Sequence record: OR567511.1
DNA length: 64,000 bases
Origin: Enterobacter phage vB_Ent31
Strand: one strand, 5' to 3'
Shown in pieces: positions 28,174 to 38,051 of the stretch. Positions within the stretch are counted from its first letter, which is position 1; each line of letters starts with the position of its first letter. The position numbers were made by a program, and so were the translations under genes. The notes beneath the pieces are model-generated. The model did not search any database, had not been told where the DNA came from, and saw only the letters and a list, made by a program, of their open reading frames with translations.

Positions 28174-28216
28174 ATTATACTCCGCTCTGCCGATAGCAGA
28201 AAGGGCCCGAAGGCCC
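28174..28216 (-). promoter_or_regulatory. Terminator GGGCC-UUCG-GGCCC (copy 2) fused to a candidate middle promoter TGCTATC-N12-TATAAT upstream of gene 43
   Basis: Minus-strand read: GGGCCTTCGGGCCCTTTCTGCTATCGGCAGAGCGGAGTATAAT. Confidence 0.55.
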
Positions 28217-28219
28217 TCT

Positions 28220-28417
28220 TTAGATTTGTGCAGCTTCGTATTGAACTACGCCTTCTTCGTCTTTCCAATACGCCATGAAAGCGTAACCATCAGGATAAAC
28301 TCGTTTTCCATCTGTAGTCATGGCAGAGCGAAGTTTTTCTTTTTGGCGTTCAATTTGCTCTTCTTTAGTACCTTCAAACATTATGCACCTATCGTGTATT
28401 TTGATTTGAGAGTCCAT
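28220..28417 (-). CDS. Hypothetical protein (65 aa)
   Basis: ORF between regA and gene 43. Overlaps the regA start by 37 nt. Confidence 0.4.
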   Translation of the reverse strand: MDSQIKIHDRCIMFEGTKEEQIERQKEKLRSAMTTDGKRVYPDGYAFMAYWKDEEGVVQYEAAQI

Positions 28418-28746
28418 TCAGATTTCTGCTGGAATGTGATAACACGGAAGTTATTCTGCATTTCAGCAAGATGAACATCCGGAGTCACGATATCAAGTAA
28501 GCCCCATCCTTGTAATAGTTGGGCAATTGAATCTCGACGGATGTAGTCTTCAGAATCAATAGTAACAGGACGACCATCGAGCTTCAACATTTCTTTGAAG
28601 TGAACGATGTAGTACTTGCCCTGTTTCTGAAGAATGTGGCAACTTTGATATAGTACCTTATCTTTGTTATTAGCAATACCCATACGAGTTAGGGTTTCTT
28701 TCACTTTCAGAAAATCTTCAGGTTGTTTCAGAGTAATTTCAATCAT
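28381..28746 (-). CDS. regA: Translational repressor RegA (121 aa)
   Basis: MIEITLKQPEDFLKVKETLTRMGIANNKDKVLYQSCHILQK is near-identical to T4 RegA. Confidence 0.92.
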   Translation of the reverse strand: MIEITLKQPEDFLKVKETLTRMGIANNKDKVLYQSCHILQKQGKYYIVHFKEMLKLDGRPVTIDSEDYIRRDSIAQLLQGWGLLDIVTPDVHLAEMQNNFRVITFQQKSEWTLKSKYTIGA

Positions 28747-28747
28747 T

Positions 28748-29311
28748 TTACCATTCCAATGCTAATTTTTTAAGTTGCTTTTGTTCTTTCACGTTTTTGG
28801 TAATGCTTTTGACTAGCTCATCAGTCACTGTACCTTTAAGACGTTTTAATGTCTCGGACAGTTTATTTTTGTTGGCTAGAGTCACTCTATAACGCTCAGC
28901 GTCATTGATATTGATTGTATAATGATTCATCAATACTTTCAGAATGAGTGTCTCCTGGGCGCTCTCGTTTAACTTAGCCCACTTACCAAAACGGCGTCCT
29001 CGAGGAACAGCCGCTTTCAGATAATTGAAGTGAGCTTCATCTGACAAGCCAGAACCAACTAAATTCATCACATAAACTGATGGCATACATTCTGGAAATT
29101 GAGATAGAGCATTTTCTACCATGAACTTCGAATAATCACGAGTTCCGATTGAGATATCTTTCTTCTCGTTAATTGCACCGATTATTGCGAAGAATTCATT
29201 TTCTGCTGTTTCTTTGAAAGTATCAGAGAGACGTTTAATCTCCGCCTCATCTTTACTATACCAAGCAATCTGGTGTTCGTTCAGCTGAACGTCATCTTCG
29301 AATAAACTCAT
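28748..29311 (-). CDS. 62: Clamp-loader subunit gp62 (187 aa)
   Basis: Size and synteny (regA-62-44-45). Conserved motifs SQFPECMP and [15 protein letters not shown]. Confidence 0.85.
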   Translation of the reverse strand: MSLFEDDVQLNEHQIAWYSKDEAEIKRLSDTFKETAENEFFAIIGAINEKKDISIGTRDYSKFMVENALSQFPECMPSVYVMNLVGSGLSDEAHFNYLKAAVPRGRRFGKWAKLNESAQETLILKVLMNHYTININDAERYRVTLANKNKLSETLKRLKGTVTDELVKSITKNVKEQKQLKKLALEW

Positions 29312-30267
29312 TTGAATTGCATCTCTACAACAAGTTGCATGAACATATAAGTTATGTGCAGTTCCGTTGAAGCTGCTACACCATGATATTGATTGTTCTC
29401 ACCGACAATCTCATACATCCGAATTATGCTGGCTTTATCAAGTTTAGTGTAAAGCTCGTTGGCAAGTTTCTCGATAAACCAAGAATAATTGACCGCATAC
29501 TTAGGAGCCAGTGCACGAAGTTGTTTAACATCTTTTGATTTCAGTGCATCAATAACATCACTGATATCTCCAGAAGTTTTTGTCACCAAATCCAAAATTC
29601 CAGAGTCAATAACGCCTTTGGAAGAATAATGGTCCAAATCACCAATCGTCTTACGAAAATCTGGGAAGTTCTTGTTAACCAATGCCGCGATGACTTTAAG
29701 GTCTTCAACCTTGATATTTTCATTTTTACAGATTTCTACACAACGACGAATCATCTCTTTCATCATGTTGCGTTTATCGTCATCGGTTGCTTGACCGAAT
29801 TTGATAACACGGCAACGAGATTGAAGTGGTTCAATAATACCGTCAATGTTGTTAGCGGTGATGATGATTGTGCAGTTGCTTGAATAAGCTTCCATGAAAG
29901 AACGCAAGTGACGCTGAGATTCAGCAAGACCTGAACGGTCAAATTCGTCAATCACAATAACTTTCTGCTTACCAGATAATGAGGCAGCAGTTGCAAAGTT
30001 TGTCAGTGGTCCACGTACGAAATCAATCTTACAATCTGAACCATTAACGAACATCATTTCAACACCGACGTCGTTACAAAGTGCTTTTGCTAAAGTAGTT
30101 TTGCCTGTACCCGGAGATGCAGATACCAGAATCATATGAGGGATGGTGCCTTTCTTGATGATAGCATCGAATACTTGGCGGTCAAATTCCGGAAGAATAC
30201 ATTCCGAAATTGATTGTGGACGATATTTCTGTTCGAAGATGTGTTCTTTTTCGTTAATGCTTAACAT
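29308..30267 (-). CDS. 44: Clamp-loader AAA+ ATPase gp44 (319 aa)
   Basis: Walker A SPGTGKTT, Walker B VIDEFD and SRC motif. Correct T4 position. Confidence 0.9.
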   Translation of the reverse strand: MLSINEKEHIFEQKYRPQSISECILPEFDRQVFDAIIKKGTIPHMILVSASPGTGKTTLAKALCNDVGVEMMFVNGSDCKIDFVRGPLTNFATAASLSGKQKVIVIDEFDRSGLAESQRHLRSFMEAYSSNCTIIITANNIDGIIEPLQSRCRVIKFGQATDDDKRNMMKEMIRRCVEICKNENIKVEDLKVIAALVNKNFPDFRKTIGDLDHYSSKGVIDSGILDLVTKTSGDISDVIDALKSKDVKQLRALAPKYAVNYSWFIEKLANELYTKLDKASIIRMYEIVGENNQYHGVAASTELHITYMFMQLVVEMQFK

Positions 30268-30326
30268 AATTTCCTCATATTGAATTAATCAAATCAGTGG
30301 ATGGTCCGAAGACCATCCTATCACAA

Positions 30327-31013
30327 TTAGAAATCGTGAGTACTATCTGCTTCCATTGCTACTACATAACTTGCATGTTCACCTTCGAACTTAGCAGCAG
30401 TTTTCTTACCTTGTGCCCAGAGCAGCAGTTTATAATCGGCAGGCTGCATCTTCATGTTACCCATGTTGATAACGAAGTTGAAGTTATTCGTACCATCATA
30501 ATCACCGAGAGTCAGAGAATATTTGGTACGAACAAGTGCAGAATCTTCTACCTTATTGAAGCCGTTCAGAACAATCTTACCATCTTTATTAGTGATGGTG
30601 ATTGTGTCAATCTGCAGACCGCGAGATACTCGCATCAGCTGTTGCAGGTCTTCAGATTTGAAGTCAACGATAACAGAAGCAACCGGGAATGGAATTGGTT
30701 TGCTTGGGAATACGATAGTGCTTGGGTCAGCTGCTGGCCAGAAAATGGTTGAACGAGCATCGGCAATTTTGATGTTACCGTCATCAGCCAGAGAAATTTC
30801 TGCATCTTCATTAACCAGAGACAGAATACCAAGGAAGCCGTTCAGTTCATAAATCGCAACTTCAAAATCAATCTCGTCAGCGATAGTTGCTTCAGCGTAA
30901 GTTGTACCATTAACTGCACGAGTCATGATGAACTTACCAGGTTTCAGCATAATACCGGAGTTGATGGTAGAGAAGTTTTTCAGAATATTCAGAGTATCTT
31001 TAGACAGTTTCAT
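30327..31013 (-). CDS. 45: Sliding clamp gp45 (228 aa)
   Basis: Strong similarity to T4 gp45 (MKLSKDT...FIMTRAVNGTTYAEA...). Confidence 0.9.
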   Translation of the reverse strand: MKLSKDTLNILKNFSTINSGIMLKPGKFIMTRAVNGTTYAEATIADEIDFEVAIYELNGFLGILSLVNEDAEISLADDGNIKIADARSTIFWPAADPSTIVFPSKPIPFPVASVIVDFKSEDLQQLMRVSRGLQIDTITITNKDGKIVLNGFNKVEDSALVRTKYSLTLGDYDGTNNFNFVINMGNMKMQPADYKLLLWAQGKKTAAKFEGEHASYVVAMEADSTHDF

Positions 31014-31021
31014 GTTTTTCC

Positions 31022-31441
31022 TTAGTTCAATTCAATTTCAGATGATTCAGATTTTACAACAAATGGAGCGAAGCTATCATAAACTTCTTGAGCAACGATT
31101 TCAGCAGCTACCAACAGCTGTTCATCAGCGTTAGTACAGAATTCGTCTTCCAGACGTTCACCACCGACCTTATCGAGAATAACTTTAGCGCCGGCTTTAA
31201 TTGAACGGTCATAGTGCTTACGCATTACTTCAATCCACTTTTCAGAGACTGAATTATCAACAGAAGAGTAATAAGCGAAGCGAACTTCTGCGTCTGGCAG
31301 TTTGCGTTTAATAGCTTCTTTAATTTCTTCAGGCAGCATCAGAACCCATGCACGACGGATTTTATTCTGATTGTTCGGGTTGGAGTCAGTACGTACGTTT
31401 TTAGGTTGGATTTCTTTAACATCAGTAACGATATTCAGCAT
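31022..31441 (-). CDS. rpbA: RpbA-position protein (RNA-polymerase-binding protein A in T4), 139 aa
   Basis: Assigned by synteny directly upstream of gene 45. Confidence 0.45.
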   Translation of the reverse strand: MLNIVTDVKEIQPKNVRTDSNPNNQNKIRRAWVLMLPEEIKEAIKRKLPDAEVRFAYYSSVDNSVSEKWIEVMRKHYDRSIKAGAKVILDKVGGERLEDEFCTNADEQLLVAAEIVAQEVYDSFAPFVVKSESSEIELN

Positions 31442-31450
31442 ATTATTTTC

Positions 31451-31642
31451 TCATTCAAAAAATTCAGAAACTGTCCAAGCAGGATGCCTGTTGGAAGATA
31501 TTTTATCATAGTCTTTACCGAAAGCATCTTTTAAATGCTGTTCAGTAACGATATGTTCTTCACCAGAAAAATTATTGATGAGAACATATCTTTTAAGTTC
31601 AGGGAACGTTAATAACTCGTTCCCGGTTGCGTATTGTTTCAT
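31451..31642 (-). CDS. Hypothetical protein (63 aa)
   Basis: ORF with ATGA overlap to gene 46. Confidence 0.4.
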   Translation of the reverse strand: MKQYATGNELLTFPELKRYVLINNFSGEEHIVTEQHLKDAFGKDYDKISSNRHPAWTVSEFFE

Positions 31643-33327
31643 TCCAGTACCGTAAAGCGACCAACTTTCTTCATTTGAAGATGTTGACCGTATGCTTGAG
31701 GGTCATGGTCACGATGGCTGATGATGAAGATATTTGAATCTTGCATCTTGTTGAGTATTTGTGTGATAGATTTTACACCGTCAACGTCCGTAGCAGAATC
31801 GAATACTTCATCTAAGAACAAACAGTTAATCTTAACACCAGATACTAATTCAGCTATATCACGCCAAGTGAATAACAGCGCAATATCAATACGTGCCTTT
31901 TCACCCTGACTAAAAGAGTTGTAACTAAATTCTTCGCGTCCGCGAGATTTGATAGTTTCATTGAACTCTTCGTTCAAAGTAAAGACATAATCAGCATCCA
32001 TCACTTTCAAATAAGAATTAATTTGCTTATTGAACAACGGAATGTACTTCTTAATTATTAAGCCTTTAATACCAGAATCCTTGAACATCTCCGTAAGAAT
32101 ACCACGAAGATATTTTTCCATGACTGAATTGGATTTGGTATCAACTATTTTATTCAATTCTTCATTAAGCGTTTTGATTTCATCTGAATAATCAATGAAC
32201 TCTTCAGCTGCTTTATCAATAGCTGCTTTAATCTTGCGAATACGCTCAACAGCTGCTTTTAACTCTTCAGTTTTGGCTGCTACCTGTCCTCGGATGTCTC
32301 TGGCTCGACGTTTAACCGCTTCATATTCCATCTGGGATGCTTGAAGATTCTCTAGATGCGTTTTTAACTCAGCATGTTTGATATTACATTCATCAACTTT
32401 CGAGTTAATCTGGCCGATTAGAGTGTCACTGGAGTGCAAATCCTGCAAACATGTTGGACAATGACCACCTTTATCATACAACGACAGAACTTTTGTGTAT
32501 GACTCGATGCGGTTCAGGATAGTTATCCCAGCCATTTGAGTCTTCTGAATTCCCTCAGACACATCATCTTCTTCGCCAATTACGATATTAGCCAAGTTCT
32601 TGTTCAACTCATCAATAGCAGAACGAATATTACGAGCATCAGCCATAGACTCTTCATACATGCTCTGCCAGCGAGCAACGTTTTCACCAGAAAGTTTCTT
32701 TTGCTTCTCTATGTTTTCTTCATAGATTTTGATTTGTTGCTGAATTCCGTCTTTCTTTGCGTCAAGAACTTGAACTTGAGAATTCAACTCTCGAACAAGT
32801 GACTTGTTCAGTTTATCCATTTCAGCAATGATTGAAACTTCAAGCAGGTCTTCTACTAACTTTCTCCGAGCGGGTGTACTAAGACCCATAAACGGAGTGT
32901 AGCCTGCTGTTCCGAGTACCACGACCTGCTTGAAACTTGTGTATGACATTCCAATGAGTTCTTCGAAATAACTTTGGAAGTCTTTAACTGAAGCTGCTTC
33001 ATCAAGTTTAGCACCGTCGCGTTCAATTTCAAAGACATTTGGTTTCTGTCCACGTTTGATGTAATACGAATGACCATCATATTCCATCCACAATTCGCAG
33101 AGCAATCCTTTCTTATTTGTGGAATTAATTAATTGGCCTTTCTTGAAATCACGGAATGGCTTACCAAACAATGCAAATGTAATTGCTTCAAGCATTGTAC
33201 TTTTACCGGCGCCATTCTTGCCAGTGATTAATGTTTTGTGGACCTTGTCAAGTTGAATATCAATGGGCTGTCCGCCCACTGACATAATATTTTGATATTT
33301 GACTCGGTTCAATTTGAAAATCTTCAT
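31639..33327 (-). CDS. 46: Recombination/repair ATPase gp46 (Rad50/SbcC-like), 562 aa
   Basis: Walker A GKNGAGKST, a long coiled-coil, and C-terminal signature/Walker B motifs (SQGEKARIDIALLF...LFLDEVFD). Confidence 0.9.
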   Translation of the reverse strand: MKIFKLNRVKYQNIMSVGGQPIDIQLDKVHKTLITGKNGAGKSTMLEAITFALFGKPFRDFKKGQLINSTNKKGLLCELWMEYDGHSYYIKRGQKPNVFEIERDGAKLDEAASVKDFQSYFEELIGMSYTSFKQVVVLGTAGYTPFMGLSTPARRKLVEDLLEVSIIAEMDKLNKSLVRELNSQVQVLDAKKDGIQQQIKIYEENIEKQKKLSGENVARWQSMYEESMADARNIRSAIDELNKNLANIVIGEEDDVSEGIQKTQMAGITILNRIESYTKVLSLYDKGGHCPTCLQDLHSSDTLIGQINSKVDECNIKHAELKTHLENLQASQMEYEAVKRRARDIRGQVAAKTEELKAAVERIRKIKAAIDKAAEEFIDYSDEIKTLNEELNKIVDTKSNSVMEKYLRGILTEMFKDSGIKGLIIKKYIPLFNKQINSYLKVMDADYVFTLNEEFNETIKSRGREEFSYNSFSQGEKARIDIALLFTWRDIAELVSGVKINCLFLDEVFDSATDVDGVKSITQILNKMQDSNIFIISHRDHDPQAYGQHLQMKKVGRFTVLE

Positions 33328-33548
33328 GTATTATTCGCCTTAATGAATCGTTCAACATGCTCTAGCATTTCTTCTGAATCTTCAAAGTATTCATCAAGTT
33401 CAGCATACCATGCTACGCCTTCAGAATATTCTGAAGTTACGTACATAGTGCCCTTGTAATGACAATTCTCTTCTGTCCATTCAACATTTCCAAACCACCC
33501 ATCGCCAATATTAAAATCGTGATGATATGAAAATTTTTGTTCTATCAT
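33324..33548 (-). CDS. Hypothetical protein (74 aa), 46.1 position
   Basis: ORF with ATGA overlaps to both neighbours. Confidence 0.45.
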   Translation of the reverse strand: MIEQKFSYHHDFNIGDGWFGNVEWTEENCHYKGTMYVTSEYSEGVAWYAELDEYFEDSEEMLEHVERFIKANNT

Positions 33549-34567
33549 TGATTCTGAGCCTCAACATAAAGAGCTTGTGCGAATTTTTTCAGAGCTGCAT
33601 TATCGGTTGGAGGTAAGTCTTCCAATGCATCAATATATTCTGACATCAAATCCAATAAGCTTTTAACTTCGATATCTTCTTCATCATCAGATTCAACCGA
33701 GTTGTCAATCTTAGAAACCATGCGCAGTTCATGAACTACTTTTTCTAGTTCAGTTTCAAACTTCGTGATGTCTTTATCAATATCAGTGACAATTACTCGG
33801 ACTGAAAGATTTTTGTAGTCGTTGTAATCAATCTTACCTGTGAATGGATATTGAAGTCTTACATGCCAAGTGGTTTCATTTGGCACAAAATCCATACTTC
33901 CCGTTGCGGTATCGAAAATCCAGAATCCGCGAGGGTCGTTCTCGTCACCTGCTGTAAGGGTCCAGGGAGTGCCGATATACTTAACATTGGCAGCAGAGGA
34001 TATAGTATGGAAATGCCCTGACCACACTTGCTTATATGACTTAAGGAAATCTGGCTCGAGACCATGAGATTTTAAACCTTTGTAGTAATAGAAGCCATTA
34101 AGCTCCCAGTGTCCAATACAATACTCTGCAGATGATTCTTTAACATGCTTCATAATAGAAGCTACGTTTTCATCACAAAGCCATGGAATTAGGTCTATTA
34201 AGCATCCGTCAAAATCAACAGTAGTAGGCACATCATAAATTTTGATGTGGTCATGTTTGCCCAATACTTCTGTGATAGCATTAGGATGAATTTTATTCTT
34301 ATAATGCATGTCGTGGTTTCCGATGATTGTATGCATCGTAATCCCAGCTTCTGCTAGCATATCAACTATTTCACGAGCGAATTCCATCGTCTTGTGAGTA
34401 ATAGCTTTACGCACGTCAAAAATATCTCCATACTGAATCCACACAGTAATTCCGTGCTTCTTCGAATACTCAATTTTTTGACGAATACCATCACGTTGAA
34501 TTTCTTGAAGCCAAGGGTCATCACCCTTTACGCCCAGATGCCAGTCACCTGTGTGAAGAATTTTCAT
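33545..34567 (-). CDS. 47: Recombination nuclease gp47 (Mre11/SbcD-like), 340 aa
   Basis: Calcineurin-like phosphoesterase motifs (GDWHLG, GDIFD, GNHD). Confidence 0.9.
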   Translation of the reverse strand: MKILHTGDWHLGVKGDDPWLQEIQRDGIRQKIEYSKKHGITVWIQYGDIFDVRKAITHKTMEFAREIVDMLAEAGITMHTIIGNHDMHYKNKIHPNAITEVLGKHDHIKIYDVPTTVDFDGCLIDLIPWLCDENVASIMKHVKESSAEYCIGHWELNGFYYYKGLKSHGLEPDFLKSYKQVWSGHFHTISSAANVKYIGTPWTLTAGDENDPRGFWIFDTATGSMDFVPNETTWHVRLQYPFTGKIDYNDYKNLSVRVIVTDIDKDITKFETELEKVVHELRMVSKIDNSVESDDEEDIEVKSLLDLMSEYIDALEDLPPTDNAALKKFAQALYVEAQNQ

Positions 34568-34665
34568 TTCTTTTTCCTCAATTTAAGACGGCGATGTGGA
34601 AGTTTTATTTTAATCGCAGATGTATGTTCTCTTTTACCTGATATTTGAATCCAGTTAATTTTCAT
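34564..34665 (-). CDS. Tiny basic ORF (33 aa) upstream of gene 47
   Basis: RBS GAGGTGAAAT-ATG and an ATGA overlap with gene 47. Not in the ORF track. Confidence 0.25.
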   Translation of the reverse strand: MKINWIQISGKREHTSAIKIKLPHRRLKLRKKK

Positions 34666-34681
34666 ATTTCACCTCAAAGAG

Positions 34682-34724
34682 ATTATATTCTATACTCCAG
34701 AAAGCAGAAAAGGCCCGAAGGCCC
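34682..34724 (-). promoter_or_regulatory. Degenerate GGCC-UUCG-GGCC hairpin (copy 3) fused to a candidate middle promoter TGCTTTC-N12-TATAAT
   Basis: Minus-strand read: AAAGGGCCTTCGGGCCTTTTCTGCTTTCTGGAGTATAGAATATAAT. Same architecture as the copy upstream of gene 43. Confidence 0.5.
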
Positions 34725-34725
34725 T

Positions 34726-34938
34726 TTAAATTTTACTGTATGTGATAGTTACTTCGGCTTTTGCTTTATCATAGGACGTCTTGATCTGCCTCATCATTTC
34801 AGTCTTGCCGTTATGAATCTTTGCATAATCAATAGCCTTCTCTAAAGCTTTGGCTGAATAAACGGTTCCATTACGTGATACTACACCAGCCTTGGCTACC
34901 GCTGCCACCAGGGTTTCACCATCAGTGTGTCGACCCAT
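34726..34938 (-). CDS. Hypothetical protein (70 aa)
   Basis: ORF only. Confidence 0.4.
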   Translation of the reverse strand: MGRHTDGETLVAAVAKAGVVSRNGTVYSAKALEKAIDYAKIHNGKTEMMRQIKTSYDKAKAEVTITYSKI

Positions 34939-35093
34939 ACAATTTCCTTACGAGTAGCCTGAATTGGACGATCTGTAGTGCCCAGAATCCGGTAGTGAGT
35001 TTCGGAGAGCTTTACCGCCATCACCCCATCGGCAATAGACAGAGTAAAACCTGCATTAACTTTTAAACGCTTAAACGGTTTTTGTACCAGCAT
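34896..35093 (-). CDS. Hypothetical protein (66 aa from an internal ATG of the listed 116-aa ORF)
   Basis: The listed 116-aa frame overlaps the convincing 108-aa gene by 176 nt. An internal ATG at 35093 with GGGAAA upstream removes most of the overlap. Confidence 0.3.
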   Translation of the reverse strand: MLVQKPFKRLKVNAGFTLSIADGVMAVKLSETHYRILGTTDRPIQATRKEIVWVDTLMVKPWWQR

Positions 35094-35397
35094 TGATGAT
35101 TTCCCATACTTGTTGGCGTGTAGTCTGCCAGTTAACACGGATGATTTCGTCATTATAAGGTTGTTTGTAAATGTCACGCAGTTTACAGAGAGCGTACTTA
35201 TATGCTTCGAAATTATTTTCGAGGACTGCGCCAGCTGCATGGTCATTCAGTCGCTTAATTTCACGACGATTCTTTTTGAAGATTTTAGTCGCCATAGCAT
35301 TTGCACGTCTCTGGCTTTCTTCTTCAATCAAACGCTTAATACGTTCTTCTTCGTTATCGTCGATTTGTTCTACGCTGTCAATATTACGTTCGTTCAT
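35071..35397 (-). CDS. Hypothetical charged helical protein (108 aa)
   Basis: ORF with a coiled-coil-like composition. Confidence 0.5.
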   Translation of the reverse strand: MNERNIDSVEQIDDNEEERIKRLIEEESQRRANAMATKIFKKNRREIKRLNDHAAGAVLENNFEAYKYALCKLRDIYKQPYNDEIIRVNWQTTRQQVWEIINAGTKTV

Positions 35398-35402
35398 TTG
35401 AC

Positions 35403-35657
35403 CTACTTACTTTTGTAATCAATTGTTATGCTAAAATCATTTTCTCCTAGATTATAACTGTGAGTTATCTCAGCATTATCAGAAGTGAATTCAGCGTCAT
35501 GTGGGTTCTTGGGGTCGATGTGAATGTCCAAATCTAATACCTCCCTCATATACATTTTAAGCAAATAAGGGATAGCATCGTAATCGGGCACTTCTTCCAG
35601 GAAACCTGCGAGGTTAATCGTCAGCCTCATATAAAAAATCCAAGTTCGGACCTTCAT
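35403..35657 (-). CDS. Hypothetical protein (84 aa; start uncertain)
   Basis: The ORF overlaps the gene 55 stop by 44 nt, so the real start is probably an internal Met. Confidence 0.35.
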   Translation of the reverse strand: MKVRTWIFYMRLTINLAGFLEEVPDYDAIPYLLKMYMREVLDLDIHIDPKNPHDAEFTSDNAEITHSYNLGENDFSITIDYKSK

Positions 35658-36147
35658 CTACAACATCGCTCTTTTTGTCAGACCCTGGCTGTTTGTAGGT
35701 GGAGGTTTCGTAATGCGTCATTTTATCGTAGATGTCTTGAATAAAAGTTTCATCTACTAACGCAACCATATCATCGTCACGAGCGTCATAGACGTTGTGA
35801 ACAAAATAGCTATACTTTTTAGCAACTTCCTTACGTTCTTTCTTGATACGTTGGACGAATGCGTTAAAGCAAGCACGGGTTATATACGCATGCGGGTTGT
35901 CGTACTTTGTTTCATCGAAGTTGTGTAGACCTTTGATAGAAGCTTCTACACCGTCTGAAATCATTTCATCTTTCCAAGAGCGGGTGTACCCCGAAAAGTT
36001 AAAACGCTTACTCAGACCCTCAGATATCAACATAATTGCTCTGCCGATAGTATCATTCTGACGAACGGGTTTACCAGCTTCGCGACATTGCTGTTTCCAC
36101 TCAGTGATGGCTTTCAGCAACTCCTTATTATTTACATAGTTAGCCAT
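35614..36147 (-). CDS. 55: Late sigma factor gp55 (177 aa)
   Basis: NYVNNKELL...[49 protein letters not shown] is near-identical to T4 gp55. Confidence 0.9.
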   Translation of the reverse strand: MANYVNNKELLKAITEWKQQCREAGKPVRQNDTIGRAIMLISEGLSKRFNFSGYTRSWKDEMISDGVEASIKGLHNFDETKYDNPHAYITRACFNAFVQRIKKERKEVAKKYSYFVHNVYDARDDDMVALVDETFIQDIYDKMTHYETSTYKQPGSDKKSDVVDEGPNLDFLYEADD

Positions 36148-36213
36148 ATTACCTCTTCCGCTTCATTTAATAAGAATATTATAACACGTTTGGAGGAAGG
36201 GTATTTTAAGCAT

Positions 36214-36510
36214 CTATTTAAGGAGTTCGTAAAGCGAAAAGCACTTAATCATAAGTTTGCGGAAAGTAACAAAATCGAGTTCAGGCTCAAAAGCATTTTC
36301 ATTACAGAATCTGAGCCATGATTTCCAAAGTTCGATGTAGCCGTTTTCGTTCAGCTTAGATACATGACCTCGCCAGACGTATTCTAAACTCGGACCAGGT
36401 TCATTTGAATCTGAGAATGTAATTCCCATCCACTTATCTACGAAAAATTCACCTAATCCAGTAACACGGAATGATGCGATTTCAATATTATCTAAAGTAA
36501 TTCTGCTCAT
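36214..36510 (-). CDS. Hypothetical protein (98 aa)
   Basis: ORF in the 55.x region. Confidence 0.45.
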   Translation of the reverse strand: MSRITLDNIEIASFRVTGLGEFFVDKWMGITFSDSNEPGPSLEYVWRGHVSKLNENGYIELWKSWLRFCNENAFEPELDFVTFRKLMIKCFSLYELLK

Positions 36511-36758
36511 AGGTCAAATATCCTAAAAGTATCTTCGACTAAAGTCTTGAACGTATTGTAGTGCATAGGTTCAAGGTCTTCACAAGTTTCTTCACAGAAT
36601 TCACGATAAAGAATATCTGAAGTGTAATCGCGGAAAATAGCAATATCAGATTCCCAGTAAGCACCAGTTTCTTCATCAGAGAAATAAACAGTACCATCAC
36701 GACGAATAACCCAGTCGCCGTAGTTCAATACTGTGATAGTGAATTGATTATATTTCAT
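36507..36758 (-). CDS. Hypothetical protein (83 aa)
   Basis: ORF with ATGA overlap. Confidence 0.45.
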   Translation of the reverse strand: MKYNQFTITVLNYGDWVIRRDGTVYFSDEETGAYWESDIAIFRDYTSDILYREFCEETCEDLEPMHYNTFKTLVEDTFRIFDL

Positions 36759-36982
36759 AAGACAAGCTCCTTAGCGCATTCAATAGCTTCATCCATACTT
36801 CCGAATGCATCTACTGAGTGATAATCTTTCCCAGTGTATTCATAAACCCACCAGGCGTCAAAATCTTCTTCAATAACGAAATCAACATCGTTCTTTGAAG
36901 TACCTTCAATCATTAGGCGGCCGTCTTCAGTACGCTTTGTTTGAAATCCGGCTAGCTGCAAGTCACTTTCAATTTTATTCAT
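36755..36982 (-). CDS. Hypothetical protein (75 aa)
   Basis: ORF with ATGA overlap. Confidence 0.45.
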   Translation of the reverse strand: MNKIESDLQLAGFQTKRTEDGRLMIEGTSKNDVDFVIEEDFDAWWVYEYTGKDYHSVDAFGSMDEAIECAKELVL

Positions 36983-37238
36983 CGAGGTACTCCTTCAGTT
37001 CTTCCTCTGTCATTCCTTCTTCCCACATATGATAAAAAGGACAATCCACACTTCTGTTTTGGACCGGGAAATATCTAACTTGGAAATTTTTGTTTATCAT
37101 TTCGCATGCTTTGAGATAATCAACAGCATTATTGATATCTTCCCAATTGGTTCCAAAGACGAATCGAGCATGCAGCTTAGAATGCCAAACGTCTATTTTA
37201 TGAGATATCAATATGATAACATTTATACCTTCATTCAT
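36975..37238 (-). CDS. Hypothetical protein (87 aa)
   Basis: ORF with overlap to its neighbours. Confidence 0.45.
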   Translation of the reverse strand: MNEGINVIILISHKIDVWHSKLHARFVFGTNWEDINNAVDYLKACEMINKNFQVRYFPVQNRSVDCPFYHMWEEGMTEEELKEYLDE

Positions 37239-37573
37239 TTGGCAGCCTTAACAATTTTGAGGTCGACGAAGCCTTTCTTGCGCTGGTTCTTCATCTTACG
37301 GATAGTGCTGTCAGAGATTTCTTTACGCTTTGTAGTTGGAATACCGAAAGCATCAAGATTAAATTCGGACAGAATGTAAGCAACAACCAGTTCACGGATA
37401 CGAGCTTTACCAATTTTCTGGTCATTTTCTTTCATCGTACCATGCAGTTCAACTTCCCACTTATCCAGCAACTTAGGAGTCACGATAACGTCTTTGAACT
37501 CACCATCAACTTTCATTGCTTCCACCTTCGGGAATACGAAAGCGTTCAGTACGTTTTTGATAGCCTGTGACAT
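37235..37573 (-). CDS. Hypothetical protein (112 aa)
   Basis: ORF with a middle-promoter-like element upstream. Confidence 0.45.
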   Translation of the reverse strand: MSQAIKNVLNAFVFPKVEAMKVDGEFKDVIVTPKLLDKWEVELHGTMKENDQKIGKARIRELVVAYILSEFNLDAFGIPTTKRKEISDSTIRKMKNQRKKGFVDLKIVKAAK

Positions 37574-37610
37574 ATTGATTTCCTCATTTTAACTAAGTTT
37601 GACATAAGAG

Positions 37611-37636
37611 ATTCTATTCCGAATCCCTTATAGCAA
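37611..37636 (-). promoter_or_regulatory. Candidate middle promoter TTGCTAT-N13-TAGAAT
   Basis: Minus-strand read: TTTTGCTATAAGGGATTCGGAATAGAAT. Confidence 0.35.
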
Positions 37637-37638
37637 AA

Positions 37639-37905
37639 TTAGCAGTTTTTGACGTATTCGTAGATAGCACGAGTCAGTTCAGCCGCTTCATCTTTTTCAA
37701 TATCTGAAATCAGAGCATAGATAGCATTAGTGATTGAACTTGGGCGATGACGGGCAGCACTAATTGAAACTTCTGTCATACACGAACGACCACGAAGAAC
37801 AACTTCAACGTTGTTGATTTCAATGTTCATACGTTCTTGACCACGGCTTTCAGAACGAATGAAAACTCCTAACTCGACAGTTACTTTCTTTTTCAGTGTA
37901 ATCAT
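37639..37905 (-). CDS. Hypothetical protein (88 aa from Met-25 of the listed ORF)
   Basis: RBS AAGGAGAG precedes ATG at 37905. The longer listed start would run through the early promoter. Confidence 0.45.
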   Translation of the reverse strand: MITLKKKVTVELGVFIRSESRGQERMNIEINNVEVVLRGRSCMTEVSISAARHRPSSITNAIYALISDIEKDEAAELTRAIYEYVKNC

Positions 37906-37932
37906 GTTACTCTCCTTGGTTGGTGTAAGAGT

Positions 37933-37962
37933 ATAGTAACACCTTCCGCAACGGATGTAAAC
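37933..37962 (-). promoter_or_regulatory. Early promoter GTTTAC-N18-TACTAT (TGt extended)
   Basis: Minus-strand read: GTTTACATCCGTTGCGGAAGGTGTTACTAT. Confidence 0.55.
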
Positions 37963-37974
37963 GGTTGGTAGAAA

Positions 37975-38012
37975 CAAAAATGGGGACCGCTAGGGTCCCC
38001 GAAGATGTGAGC
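37975..38012 (-). terminator. Intrinsic terminator GGGGACC-CUAGC-GGUCCCC followed by AUUUUUGUUU
   Basis: Perfect 7-bp GC-rich stem plus U-run, after the nrdH-like gene and immediately upstream of the early promoter. Confidence 0.7.
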
Positions 38013-38051
38013 CATATGTTTATATGGACTTCAAAAGAAAGTGTCTTAGAG

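Noticed and set aside
34896-35246. Full 116-aa frame overlapping the 108-aa gene by 176 nt
   Set aside because: The N-terminal half is out-of-frame read-through of a convincing gene. Only the distal 66 aa, from an internal ATG, were kept.
36148-36213. TGCTTAAA MotA-box-like sequence upstream of gene 55
   Set aside because: Spacing to the TATAAT is about 21 nt, well outside the 11-13 nt seen at the other candidates. I did not call it a middle promoter.
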